DNA of 64,000 nt from an uncultured Bacteroidales bacterium. Lineage in GTDB: Bacteria; Bacteroidota; Bacteroidia; Bacteroidales; VadinHA17. The position numbers and the translations under genes were made by a program. The DNA is taken from assembly GCA_963743775.1 (NCBI GenBank), contig CAVURA010000008.1, positions 197,152 through 261,151 of the forward strand, read 5' to 3'. The notes under the pieces were generated by a model. The model made no database searches. It was not told where the DNA came from and was given only the letters and a program-made list of their open reading frames with translations. Positions 18,409-30,388 of the stretch are shown here, piece after piece; position 1 is the first letter of the stretch; every line of letters starts with the position of its first letter.

Positions 18409-19773
18409 GTGTTCCCGGAGGATTTTCTTAAACGTATCAGTCATCAGGATTATATTGATGCAAAGGGGCTGACTGAAGCTCTGGGTCAGCCTTCCCCGGT
18501 TTCGGTGAGAATTAATCCGTATAAATGGACATATCCCGTCAGCGGATATAAAAATGTTCCGTGGGAGCCGCAGGGTTTTTATCTTCCGGTGAAACCTCTT
18601 TTTACGCCTGATCCGCTGTTTCATGCAGGGGTGTATTACCCCCAGGAAGCATCCAGTATGTTCACCGGAGAGGTTTTCAGGCAGGTGACTGCGGGCATGG
18701 GAGATCTTCGCGTGCTTGACCTTTGTGGAGCGCCCGGAGGCAAGAGCACTCATTTGTCAGCCCTGATTGGAGACAGAGGATTCCTGATTGCCAATGAAGT
18801 AATCCGTTCGCGGGCGGCAGTTTTGGCTGAGAACATTACTAAATGGGGACTTGGCAACACTGTTGTGACGCATAATGATCCTTCATCTTTTGCATCACTG
18901 CCGTCATTCTTCGATGTAATAGTTGCAGATGCGCCATGCTCAGGTGAGGGGATGTTTCGCAATCCTGCGGCCGTTCAGGAGTGGTCGATGCAGAATGCCA
19001 GGCTTTGTAGCGAGCGGCAGAGGAGAATAGTGATGGAGGCATGGCCTGCCCTTAAACCCGGAGGTATACTGATTTACTCGACATGCACCTTTAATCCTGC
19101 CGAGAATGAGGAGAACATCTCATGGTTCAGAGATAGCACGGCCGCTGAATCTGTCGGAATTGATATTTCAGGCAACAATGGAATTGAGACAGTCCGTTAC
19201 GCGGGAACTGAGGGATACGCATTTCACCCCGGGAGGGTGGAGGGTGACGGATTTTTCATCGCAGTACTCAGAAAAACAGAGGGCCAAAGTGAAGGTCATC
19301 TGAAGGTCAGGGCGGTCAACCAGAAACTGTCAGCAAAAACCTCTGGCCTGGCCGGGCCGATGATTGATGTTGACAGTGACAGGCTGATCATGGCGGGAAA
19401 CAGGATCATTGCACTTGCCACTGACCGGAATATTTTCGGTCATATTGATGACAGGCTTGCAGTCATCAAGTCGGGAACCATGATCGGCGAAACCAAGAAT
19501 GACAGTTTTATTCCGGCCCATGACCTGGCGATGTCGGTAAAACAGAAGGAGGGAGCCTGGCCGGTGTATGATGCAACTTATGATGAGGCTGTAGCATTCC
19601 TCCGTCTTGAACAATTCCGGATTGAGGGGATGCCCCGGGGGAGAATACTCATACGTTACCGCGGCGTACCGCTGGGATTTGTAAACAATCTTGGGAACAG
19701 GATCAATAACGGATACCCTCAGGCGTGGCGTATGCGGATGGAGAGACAGCCTGATTACAGGGAGATATTGTGA
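18409..19773 (+). CDS. NOL1/NOP2/Sun-family RNA cytosine-C5 methyltransferase (RsmF/RsmB-like)
   Basis: SAM and catalytic motifs are DLCGAPGGKSTHL, VADAPCSGEGMFR and YSTCTFNPAENE. A C-terminal PUA-like extension is present. The start codon is GTG. Confidence 0.75.
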   Translation: MFPEDFLKRISHQDYIDAKGLTEALGQPSPVSVRINPYKWTYPVSGYKNVPWEPQGFYLPVKPLFTPDPLFHAGVYYPQEASSMFTGEVFRQVTAGMGDLRVLDLCGAPGGKSTHLSALIGDRGFLIANEVIRSRAAVLAENITKWGLGNTVVTHNDPSSFASLPSFFDVIVADAPCSGEGMFRNPAAVQEWSMQNARLCSERQRRIVMEAWPALKPGGILIYSTCTFNPAENEENISWFRDSTAAESVGIDISGNNGIETVRYAGTEGYAFHPGRVEGDGFFIAVLRKTEGQSEGHLKVRAVNQKLSAKTSGLAGPMIDVDSDRLIMAGNRIIALATDRNIFGHIDDRLAVIKSGTMIGETKNDSFIPAHDLAMSVKQKEGAWPVYDATYDEAVAFLRLEQFRIEGMPRGRILIRYRGVPLGFVNNLGNRINNGYPQAWRMRMERQPDYREIL

Positions 19774-19814
19774 AGAAGTAAATATGTCTTATTTTTATTC
19801 CAAAGAAAAACCTG

Positions 19815-21485
19815 ATGAAAACAGACATTGAGATTGCACAGAGTGCGGTAATCAGGCCTATAGTCGATGTGGCTGGCAAGCTTGGGCTCAAAGAGGACGA
19901 CCTTGAACTGTATGGGAAATACAAGGCAAAGCTGCCTCTCTCCCTGATTGATGAAAAGAAAGCAGCGAAAGCAAAACTTATACTTGTGACGGCGATCACT
20001 CCAACCCCGGCCGGCGAAGGCAAGACAACGACTTCGATAGGCCTGGCTCAGGGACTGAATCTCCTCGGTAAGAAAACCACCGTAGTGCTTCGTGAGCCAT
20101 CCCTGGGGCCTGTTTTCGGAATAAAGGGAGGCGCTGCCGGCGGCGGATATTCTCAGGTTATACCGATGGAAGATATTAACCTTCATTTTACAGGTGACCT
20201 CTCAGCCGTTGAAAAGTCTCACAATCTTCTCTCGGCAATGATTGACAATAACATACAGGCGTCTGAGAGCAACCTTGGGATTGACCCGAGGACGATTGCC
20301 TGGAAGAGGGTTATGGACATGAACGACCGTTCCCTGAGGGCTGTGGTTATCGGCCTCGGCGGCACGGCGCAGGGTGTGCCGAGGGAGACAGGATTTGATA
20401 TTACCGCTGCGTCCGAGGTCATGGCAATCTTGTGCCTGGCAACCGGCATCAGTGACCTCAAGACACGTCTGGGCAATATCTTTATCGGCTTCACTTATGC
20501 CGGCAAACCGGTCTTCGCCCGTGACCTGAAAGCCCAGGGAGCAATGGCCGCACTGCTGAAAGACGCTATAAAGCCAAACCTGGTGCAGACACTTGAAGGT
20601 ACACCGGCAATAATTCACGGCGGTCCGTTTGCAAACATAGCCCAGGGTACCAACTCAATACTGGCGACCCGGATGGGTCTTACACTGAGCGATTATGTAG
20701 TCACTGAAGCCGGATTTGCAAGCGAGCTGGGCGCCGAGAAATTTTTCAATATCAAGTCGCAGATAGGCAAGCTGAAGACAAACGCTGTGGTAATAGTAGC
20801 AACCGTTAGGGCGCTGAAATATCACGGAGGTGTAAAGCTGGCTGATCTTACCAGGGAAAATACCGATGCTCTGGGCAAGGGTTTCGAGAACCTTGACAAA
20901 CATATCGAGAACATGCATTATTACGGCTTCAGGCCTGTGGTCGCAATAAACCGTTTCGACACAGACACAGATGCCGAGATTGCACTTGTGAAAACATACT
21001 GTGAGGAGCACAATGTACGCGTTGCAGTCAACACTGCATGGGCTGACGGCGGCAAAGGTGCTGTGGAGCTTGCGCAGGCAGTGCTGGAAGCAACTGAGGC
21101 ATGTACGGATTGTTTCACACCTCTTTATTCCATGTCATGGCCTCTCGAGAAAAAGATTGAGACCATAGCTACATTGATGTACGGAGCACGCAATGTTGAA
21201 TATACTCTCGAAGCCAGGGAACAACTGAAAAAAATCAATGACCTGGGCTTCGGGGAGTTAGCAGTATGTATTGCCAAAACCCAGAAGTCTCTCTCTGATG
21301 ACCAGACAAGACGGAACCGGCCACGCGATTTCACCATCCGGATACGTAAAATCGAGCTTTCATCCGGTGCAGGCTTCATCGTTCCGATTGCCGGCTCAAT
21401 AATGCGTATGCCCGGGCTTCCGCCCGTGCCATCTGCAGAGAAGATTGACATTGATGATAAGGGACAGATAAGCGGATTATTCTGA
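19815..21485 (+). CDS. fhs: Formate--tetrahydrofolate ligase
   Basis: TPTPAGEGKTTTSIGL, GPVFGIKGGAAGGGY and HGGPFANIA are present, with full-length collinearity (556 aa). Confidence 0.95.
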   Translation: MKTDIEIAQSAVIRPIVDVAGKLGLKEDDLELYGKYKAKLPLSLIDEKKAAKAKLILVTAITPTPAGEGKTTTSIGLAQGLNLLGKKTTVVLREPSLGPVFGIKGGAAGGGYSQVIPMEDINLHFTGDLSAVEKSHNLLSAMIDNNIQASESNLGIDPRTIAWKRVMDMNDRSLRAVVIGLGGTAQGVPRETGFDITAASEVMAILCLATGISDLKTRLGNIFIGFTYAGKPVFARDLKAQGAMAALLKDAIKPNLVQTLEGTPAIIHGGPFANIAQGTNSILATRMGLTLSDYVVTEAGFASELGAEKFFNIKSQIGKLKTNAVVIVATVRALKYHGGVKLADLTRENTDALGKGFENLDKHIENMHYYGFRPVVAINRFDTDTDAEIALVKTYCEEHNVRVAVNTAWADGGKGAVELAQAVLEATEACTDCFTPLYSMSWPLEKKIETIATLMYGARNVEYTLEAREQLKKINDLGFGELAVCIAKTQKSLSDDQTRRNRPRDFTIRIRKIELSSGAGFIVPIAGSIMRMPGLPPVPSAEKIDIDDKGQISGLF

Positions 21486-22063
21486 AAACAGTTTTCCCTG
21501 ACATATCGGCTGCTGTTCTTTGCGGAGGCAAAGGATCACGTTTCGGTGGTATCAACAAATCCATGATCGAGATTGAGGGAGTGCAGATTATTACCCGTAC
21601 TGTTACCATCCTGAAACCTTTGTTCCGTAATATTATCCTGGCGGGATGGCCCCCGGATGATGCATTGCCGGAAAGCACAATAACAGTCGCTGATAACTTT
21701 CCTGGTTTGGGACCACTGGCAGGCATCGAGGCAGCCATGAAAGCTTCGCCGGCACCGTGGCTCTTTGTCTTCGGAGGTGACATGCCATGGCTGTCTGAGG
21801 AAATAATAACAGACCAGGCGTCAGCCTTCCTGGAGTCCCCGGCGGATGTTCTGATACCGAGAATTGGCAATTCGATTGAACCGCTCCATGCCATTTACAG
21901 ATGCAGCCTTCATCCTTACCTCGAAAAATACCTGCTGACAGGAAAAGATACAGCTGTCAGGGCTTTCTTCAAACCATTAAAGGTCATATATTATGAGCTT
22001 CCGGGAGATAAAAAAACACTAAAAGTCTTCACAAATATCAACTCTCTGCAGGATCTTTCCTGA
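21482..22063 (+). CDS. mobA: MobA-like NTP transferase (molybdenum cofactor guanylyltransferase family); start codon uncertain
   Basis: The nucleotide-binding loop AAVLCGGKGSRFGG is encoded upstream of the first ATG (21563). The frame is open from 21461 but contains no ATG, GTG or TTG there. CTG at 21482 overlaps the fhs stop as CTGA. GPLAGI and FVFGGDMPW are present. Confidence 0.65.
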   Translation: MKTVFPDISAAVLCGGKGSRFGGINKSMIEIEGVQIITRTVTILKPLFRNIILAGWPPDDALPESTITVADNFPGLGPLAGIEAAMKASPAPWLFVFGGDMPWLSEEIITDQASAFLESPADVLIPRIGNSIEPLHAIYRCSLHPYLEKYLLTGKDTAVRAFFKPLKVIYYELPGDKKTLKVFTNINSLQDLS

Positions 22064-22098
22064 GTCTTGTACCAGAGCGATATATGCTTTTTTATTCT

Positions 22099-22106
22099 TA
22101 ATTTTG
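22099..22106 (+). promoter_or_regulatory. Bacteroidota -7 promoter box TAATTTTG
   Basis: An exact TAnnTTTG match lies 23 nt upstream of the ATG at 22130. Confidence 0.45.
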
Positions 22107-22126
22107 GTGAGTACCTAAAGGACTGA

Positions 22127-25339
<3,213 letters not shown>

Positions 25340-25356
25340 AAGAGTACCTGACAGGA

Positions 25357-26448
25357 TTATTTTAACGGCACAGTTATTTCAGCCCTGAGGACTGTCCCGC
25401 TTCCTGTGGTGATATTGCTTACATCATATGTGAGAGGCTGGGCAAGGTACCGCCTGTCAGCTTTTACCCTGACGGCCATGTTGGCCGGTAATGTCAGCAC
25501 TGCAGGGGCTCCCTCAGAACCGCGGGTCAGCTTCATCGGCAGGTCAGAATTATTACTGATTTCAAAAAAGATATTCTTACCGTCATCCTTATAGGGAACT
25601 CCTGCTTTGACAGCAGCTCTGAACAGAGGGCCGGTGAACTGCTCAAAGCCTGCCAGGGAGTCGCCGTGCCAGACGGCAGTGCGCCCTGCGAACAGCGCTT
25701 CGCGAAGGGATTCCATTGTTCTTTCTTTTGCAAAAACAAGTGTGACAGGCCGGTGGGTATACTCCGGCTCCATATAAGTTTCACTGATCACACCGTGGAT
25801 GTCACTGTTACCCGTTACTGCAAGGTTATGTTCACGGCACATCTCCATTACAGTATCATTCCTGTAGGTTTCAAATTCGTTGAAATATTCAATTCCGTGA
25901 AGCCATCCTTTTGTGATTAATTCCAGGTGGACAGGATAAAGTCTTGGTATGCCGTCAGGTTGCTGTGCCTTCCATCCCGGATGGTTATACTGGATGAATG
26001 CCCCCTGCTTTATTGCAGCCTCAATGACATTCATGAAGTCAGGCTTGTTGAGAGAGTCGGCATCCTGAATGAAGAGTGCATTAAGGTGTCCGGGAGGCAT
26101 GCTGCGTGTTATCTCAGCCCCATGGACAAGGATAATATTATAGTCTGCGGCAATATCTTTTGCTATCTTCCACGCAGCATTCTGGTCAGCGGGTATGTAT
26201 TTTTTATGCGGCTGGTACTCGATATGGTCGGTGATGGCGAGGGCGTCAAGTCCGTCTCTCCATGCTTCTCCGACTCTCTGTGTTGGCCACACGTTACCGT
26301 CAGAAAAGACCGTATGGGTATGAAAATCACATTTCAGTGTGACATATCCGGGAATATCCGGCATGTTCAGCATCCGTCTCTGTGCATTCATAGTCAGGGT
26401 CAGAGAGCTCAGGAAAAGAGCTAACACAATTAGTAAATTGTTTTTCAT
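25357..26448 (-). CDS. Exported PHP-domain metallo-phosphoesterase (Sb-PDE-like)
   Basis: The signal peptide is MKNNLLIVLALFLSSLTLTMNAQ. The PHP metal ligands are CDFHTHTVFSDG, ITDHIEY and GNSDIHG. Confidence 0.7.
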   Translation of the reverse strand: MKNNLLIVLALFLSSLTLTMNAQRRMLNMPDIPGYVTLKCDFHTHTVFSDGNVWPTQRVGEAWRDGLDALAITDHIEYQPHKKYIPADQNAAWKIAKDIAADYNIILVHGAEITRSMPPGHLNALFIQDADSLNKPDFMNVIEAAIKQGAFIQYNHPGWKAQQPDGIPRLYPVHLELITKGWLHGIEYFNEFETYRNDTVMEMCREHNLAVTGNSDIHGVISETYMEPEYTHRPVTLVFAKERTMESLREALFAGRTAVWHGDSLAGFEQFTGPLFRAAVKAGVPYKDDGKNIFFEISNNSDLPMKLTRGSEGAPAVLTLPANMAVRVKADRRYLAQPLTYDVSNITTGSGTVLRAEITVPLK

Positions 26449-26538
26449 ATCTCGATATTATGCAATGTTGTCTTAAGGACTGAGGGTCTGAAGTCTTAAA
26501 AATACACAATTCTTAACCCATAATTCTTAATTTCCATA

Positions 26539-27969
26539 CTATTTCCCGCCTACTTCCCTTCCCCTCAGTATGAACCTGTCGTATACAAAAAGCAGGATGC
26601 TTGCCGTTATTGCTATCGCAGCAAACAATACCCATATTTTTGAAGGGTTGTAAGTGTCCCACAGGTATCTGGTGAGCTGGTGTGAATCCATTCCGAACAG
26701 TTCCTGCGCCCTTGCGTAATAATCAGTCTGGGTGAAGGTGCCTGAAATGTCAGGGATATCAAATCCTTTTTCAGACACTGCTCTCTTAAGCAGGAAAAGC
26801 TTGTCAGCCATCACCTCAAACGGTTTTCCTGATATCAGGCCGGCTCCCAGGTGTCCCAGGGCTATGGGGAGAAATGAAGTGCCCATGTAAAGGGCTTTCC
26901 TGTCAGACGGTGCGATACCGCCCAGGTATTCCTGTATTTTGGGTGAAGAGGCCATCTCGCCGATACTGAAGATCAGCATGCCCAGAACAATCAGCCACGG
27001 GTTCAGGTTCGCGAACATCATGGCAAGGCCGAAGGCAAAGATGAAAATGCCGATCATTATGGAATTCAGAGGTCTGAGCCTCGCGGTTACTGATGAAACA
27101 ATAAGCTGAAAGAGAATTATAAAGAATGATGCCAGACTTGATATTGTAACAGTTGTAATCCTACCTGGGTCGAGACCCAGGGACAGGGAAAGTTTATCAA
27201 GGTTCACCCACGCATCGAGGAACACAGGGAATGAATAATAAAGCTGGTTGTAAGCTGTCCAGAATACGCCAATGATAAAAAGGAACATCAGATAACGCCA
27301 GTCGGTCAGCGTGAGACCGATGTTTTTAAATGCAATGACTATATTCTGCAGAAATGTCTTGTCAGTCACCTCCACGGCAGGCTCTTTATAAACGAACAGG
27401 ACCAGGAGATAATTCAGGGTCATGGCAGCAATGGATACGTAGATTACCATATCCCAGCTGTTTTTATACAGCATGCTGGCGACAAAAGGTCCTAAAAAAC
27501 CTCCGATATTCACCATCATGTAAAAGATTCCGAAGCCCAGTGATGCTGTTTCTTTATTGGTCACCCTCGCAACAGTCCCTGATATGATCGGTTTAAAGAG
27601 GGCTCCGGCGACGGCAAGGAGTATGAAAGCCGCAAAGATTGCCCCGAAGGTCTCGAACCTGCTGAGCATGAAGAAAGAAAGGATATAAGTAGTAAAGGAG
27701 AGGATAAGCACTTTCTTGTAACCCACCCTGTCAGCTATTGCGCCTGTTATTACTGGAAGAAAGTACAGGATCATTGACCCGGTGCCCATGATGGTTCCCT
27801 TTTCCACATTGGAAAATCCCAGGGCGCCGTCCTCTTTAGCGGAGGTAAGATAAAGGGCAAAAAATCCGCTGTAAAAGCCGTACCAACCCCAACGCTCGAA
27901 CAGCTCAATAATATTCGATATCCAGAATATTTTCGGAAACTTTTTCAGGACGCGGGTGAAGTATGTCAT
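26539..27969 (-). CDS. MFS transporter of the POT/PTR2 (di/tripeptide:H+ symporter) type
   Basis: About 12-14 predicted TM helices. It has the N-terminal ELFERWGWYGF motif (POT ExxERFxYY-like) and GAIADRVGYKK. Confidence 0.75.
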   Translation of the reverse strand: MTYFTRVLKKFPKIFWISNIIELFERWGWYGFYSGFFALYLTSAKEDGALGFSNVEKGTIMGTGSMILYFLPVITGAIADRVGYKKVLILSFTTYILSFFMLSRFETFGAIFAAFILLAVAGALFKPIISGTVARVTNKETASLGFGIFYMMVNIGGFLGPFVASMLYKNSWDMVIYVSIAAMTLNYLLVLFVYKEPAVEVTDKTFLQNIVIAFKNIGLTLTDWRYLMFLFIIGVFWTAYNQLYYSFPVFLDAWVNLDKLSLSLGLDPGRITTVTISSLASFFIILFQLIVSSVTARLRPLNSIMIGIFIFAFGLAMMFANLNPWLIVLGMLIFSIGEMASSPKIQEYLGGIAPSDRKALYMGTSFLPIALGHLGAGLISGKPFEVMADKLFLLKRAVSEKGFDIPDISGTFTQTDYYARAQELFGMDSHQLTRYLWDTYNPSKIWVLFAAIAITASILLFVYDRFILRGREVGGK

Positions 27970-28038
27970 CGGTGAATTTAATGCGGGATGAAAATAATGA
28001 AATAATTTAAAATTGCAGAGACACCCGGATTGGCGTTT

Positions 28039-28686
28039 CTACAAACGATCATCTGCGTTTATTTTCGCCACATAAAAATAAGCTTCTTTTCTGTCAGCGT
28101 CGTCCCATGTGTATACATTACGGTGGTTGAAACCCCTCATAAATCCTATCAATGCAGTATCGCCTGCGCACATTGTGGTGTGGGTGAAGAGTGCAAGTGA
28201 GAGAACCCATTGCCACCAAGGGGTGCAGAAAATGATGGCTGCTCCGATACCGGTTGTGATTACCACAAAAGGGGTGAAGGCCACAATGGAAAAGAGTCTG
28301 AAGTCAGCCACGAAACGGTGGGCAGTGACGTAGATAATGCCCTGGCGGAGGTCAGCGCCGTACCTTATGTCTCTTGCCCCTGACAGGCGGAAAGGTATAA
28401 GGTGAAGGCCTTCATGAACGGGAATCAGCAGCACAGGCACTGCCAAAAGTCCAGACGCCAGACCGATAATTATGTGGAGATTGGCAGGTGTGTACCTGAC
28501 ACCCGGCCAGAACCAGACTGTAAGGAAGGCGGTCACTGCCAAAATTACCCAAACCGTCACCATGGGCAGATTGAACGATTTAAGGCTGCCTATTACAAAC
28601 GGCGCAATATCACTGTACGGCAAGGTCAGCACCTTTTCGTATGACGATCCGTCTTCGAGTTCCTCTATTGTAGGCCTGAAAATCAT
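28039..28686 (-). CDS. DUF3267-like polytopic membrane protein with HExxH motif (putative zincin-type metallopeptidase)
   Basis: At least 4 hydrophobic helices. HEGLH (in PVHEGLHLIPF) follows the second helix. Confidence 0.55.
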   Translation of the reverse strand: MIFRPTIEELEDGSSYEKVLTLPYSDIAPFVIGSLKSFNLPMVTVWVILAVTAFLTVWFWPGVRYTPANLHIIIGLASGLLAVPVLLIPVHEGLHLIPFRLSGARDIRYGADLRQGIIYVTAHRFVADFRLFSIVAFTPFVVITTGIGAAIIFCTPWWQWVLSLALFTHTTMCAGDTALIGFMRGFNHRNVYTWDDADRKEAYFYVAKINADDRL

Positions 28687-28773
28687 GTGAGCGCAAAGTT
28701 AGTTTATCCGCAGTAAGGGAAAATGATCCAGGTCAGTTTTGTTGTGTTTTGAACCTTTGGCACAACAATTGGT

Positions 28774-28781
28774 TAAATTTG
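28774..28781 (+). promoter_or_regulatory. Bacteroidota -7 promoter box TAAATTTG
   Basis: An exact TAnnTTTG match lies 9 nt upstream of the ATG at 28791. It is inside the TTG-started extension given by the ORF track. Confidence 0.35.
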
Positions 28782-28790
28782 CAGAGAATA

Positions 28791-29402
28791 ATGAAGAGGC
28801 TGTTTATTATATGTATGGTTTTGCTTTTCTGTGCAGGTGGTTTTAGCCAGACCGTTGAGGTCGCTGCCCCAGATACGACACAGAGTATCTACAATGTTCT
28901 CAGGACTGCCACATACGACGGTCAGACATACCCCCTTGTGGAGCTGAGTGAGATTACCGTTATCGGCAAGATGCCCCGCGGGGTAAAATTCAATTATCGC
29001 AGACATGCCCGTCTTGTTTATAATGTCCGCCGGGTTTATCCTTACGCTCTGCTTGTCAGGAATGAGGTCGGCCGTGTAAACAGGCTGCTCGAGACAATGC
29101 CCAATAAGAGGGATCAGAATAATTTCCTGCAGCAATATGAAAAGGATATTTTCAAGGAATATGAAGATGATATGAAGAAGCTTACCTTTTCCCAGGGCAA
29201 GATACTCATCAAGCTGATTGAACGGGAGACTCAGAATACATCCTTTGATCTTATCAGGCAGTACCGCGGCAAGTTTTCAGCCACCTTCTGGCAAAGTATT
29301 GCACGCATTTTCGGAGCTGATCTCAAGGCGAACTATGATCCGGCAGGCGAGGACTATCTTATTGAGCAGGTAATAACAGAGATTGAAGCCGGAAGGTTGT
29401 AA
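28791..29402 (+). CDS. DUF4294-like secreted protein
   Basis: The signal peptide MKRLFIICMVLLFCAGGFSQ begins at the ATG at 28791. The conserved blocks are RVYPYALLV, LTFSQGKILIKLIERET and FWQSIARIFGADLKANYDP. Confidence 0.6.
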   Translation: MKRLFIICMVLLFCAGGFSQTVEVAAPDTTQSIYNVLRTATYDGQTYPLVELSEITVIGKMPRGVKFNYRRHARLVYNVRRVYPYALLVRNEVGRVNRLLETMPNKRDQNNFLQQYEKDIFKEYEDDMKKLTFSQGKILIKLIERETQNTSFDLIRQYRGKFSATFWQSIARIFGADLKANYDPAGEDYLIEQVITEIEAGRL

Positions 29403-30056
29403 TCACTTCGCTTCAACCATTTCCTTTATTGCTTTAATGACTTCTTCAGCGTCGCGCGCTATTTCAGTAATGGTTGCATTCAGCATATAGGCCGGCGCTG
29501 TGACAATCCGGTTCTTTTTATCGACTGATACCTCACCATGTCTTTTTGTCTCATGTCTGCCTCCCATAGCGGCTATGTCTTTGACTGTTGAGGGGTCATC
29601 GCCTATGGTGACGGTCACATCGCCAAGCACTCTGGTGATGAGTACCGGTGAAATACACAATGCACCTATTGGCTTGCCGGCCTTTTGTGTGTCACGTATA
29701 GCTGCTTCCACCACCCTGTCGACATGGCATTCAGGACCGTCAAAAGCGTAAGTGCAGAGGTTTTTTGCCACACCAAACCCTCCGGGGAATATGAGAGCGT
29801 CAAAGTCAGCCACCCTGTATTCTGTCAGAGCTTTTATTTTACCTCTGGCAATGCGGGCTGCTTCGGTCAGTACGTTGCGTGCTTCATTCATGGCTTCGCC
29901 GGTGATATGGTTAATTACATGATGTTGCTTCACATTTGGCGCAAAGATCTGATAAGTGCCTCCTATACTGTCAATGGCATACAATGTCATCACGGCTTCG
30001 TGGATCTCGGCTCCATCGAAGACTCCGCATCCGGCAAGCACTACAGCAACTTTCAT
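29403..30056 (-). CDS. elbB: DJ-1/PfpI-superfamily isoprenoid biosynthesis glyoxalase ElbB
   Basis: MKVAVVLAGCGVFDGAEIHEAV, IFPGGFG and GALCISP (nucleophile-elbow Cys) are present. Confidence 0.8.
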   Translation of the reverse strand: MKVAVVLAGCGVFDGAEIHEAVMTLYAIDSIGGTYQIFAPNVKQHHVINHITGEAMNEARNVLTEAARIARGKIKALTEYRVADFDALIFPGGFGVAKNLCTYAFDGPECHVDRVVEAAIRDTQKAGKPIGALCISPVLITRVLGDVTVTIGDDPSTVKDIAAMGGRHETKRHGEVSVDKKNRIVTAPAYMLNATITEIARDAEEVIKAIKEMVEAK

Positions 30057-30103
30057 AACAGGTAGGATTTTGTTGGGTAATAAAGTTAAGGAAAACCTTT
30101 TAC

Positions 30104-30150
30104 AAACCGGGAGATTTTAAGATCTCAACTGAAACACGGCCTCCCGGTTT
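30104..30150. promoter_or_regulatory. Orphan hairpin: 10-bp perfect inverted repeat with a 27-nt loop
   Basis: aaaccgggag (30104-30113) pairs with ctcccggttt (30141-30150). It lies in the 332-bp elbB / SusC divergent intergenic region, and no co-directional upstream gene would need a terminator here. Confidence 0.5.
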
Positions 30151-30388
30151 CACATTTATGATTTCAGTATAATATAGGCTTTAACTTTATTTTATTTGTC
30201 ATTATTTTCCTTTTATGCAAAAAATGTGCTCAAAATCAGGTACTAAGAAGAAAATATTCCTATATATAATGTTTGTCTTGTCTTTCGGGGAGCGAATCGG
30301 ATGATGCGAACCCTGTTTTGCCGGGCAGAATTTGACCTAACTTTTAGTCATTAAACTAAAACTCTGATCTATAAACAGACTAAAACTG

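Noticed and set aside
28749-28790. N-terminal extensions in the ORF track. These are TTG 28749 for DUF4294, ATG 42760 for lemA, 43400 for the TPM gene, 52397 for tgt and 62705 for rsmI.
   Set aside because: The extensions encode non-conserved peptides that would bury the signal peptide or the conserved N-terminus. Several contain the gene's own -7 promoter box, and one overlaps the upstream gene. Internal ATGs give family-typical N-termini.
30200-30388. Riboswitch (cobalamin or TPP type) upstream of the TonB-dependent transporter.
   Set aside because: I could not find the B12 box or the TPP CUGAGA/ACCUGA core elements. The transporter is SusC-type and paired with SusD, not BtuB-type. I kept it only as a generic structured-leader candidate.
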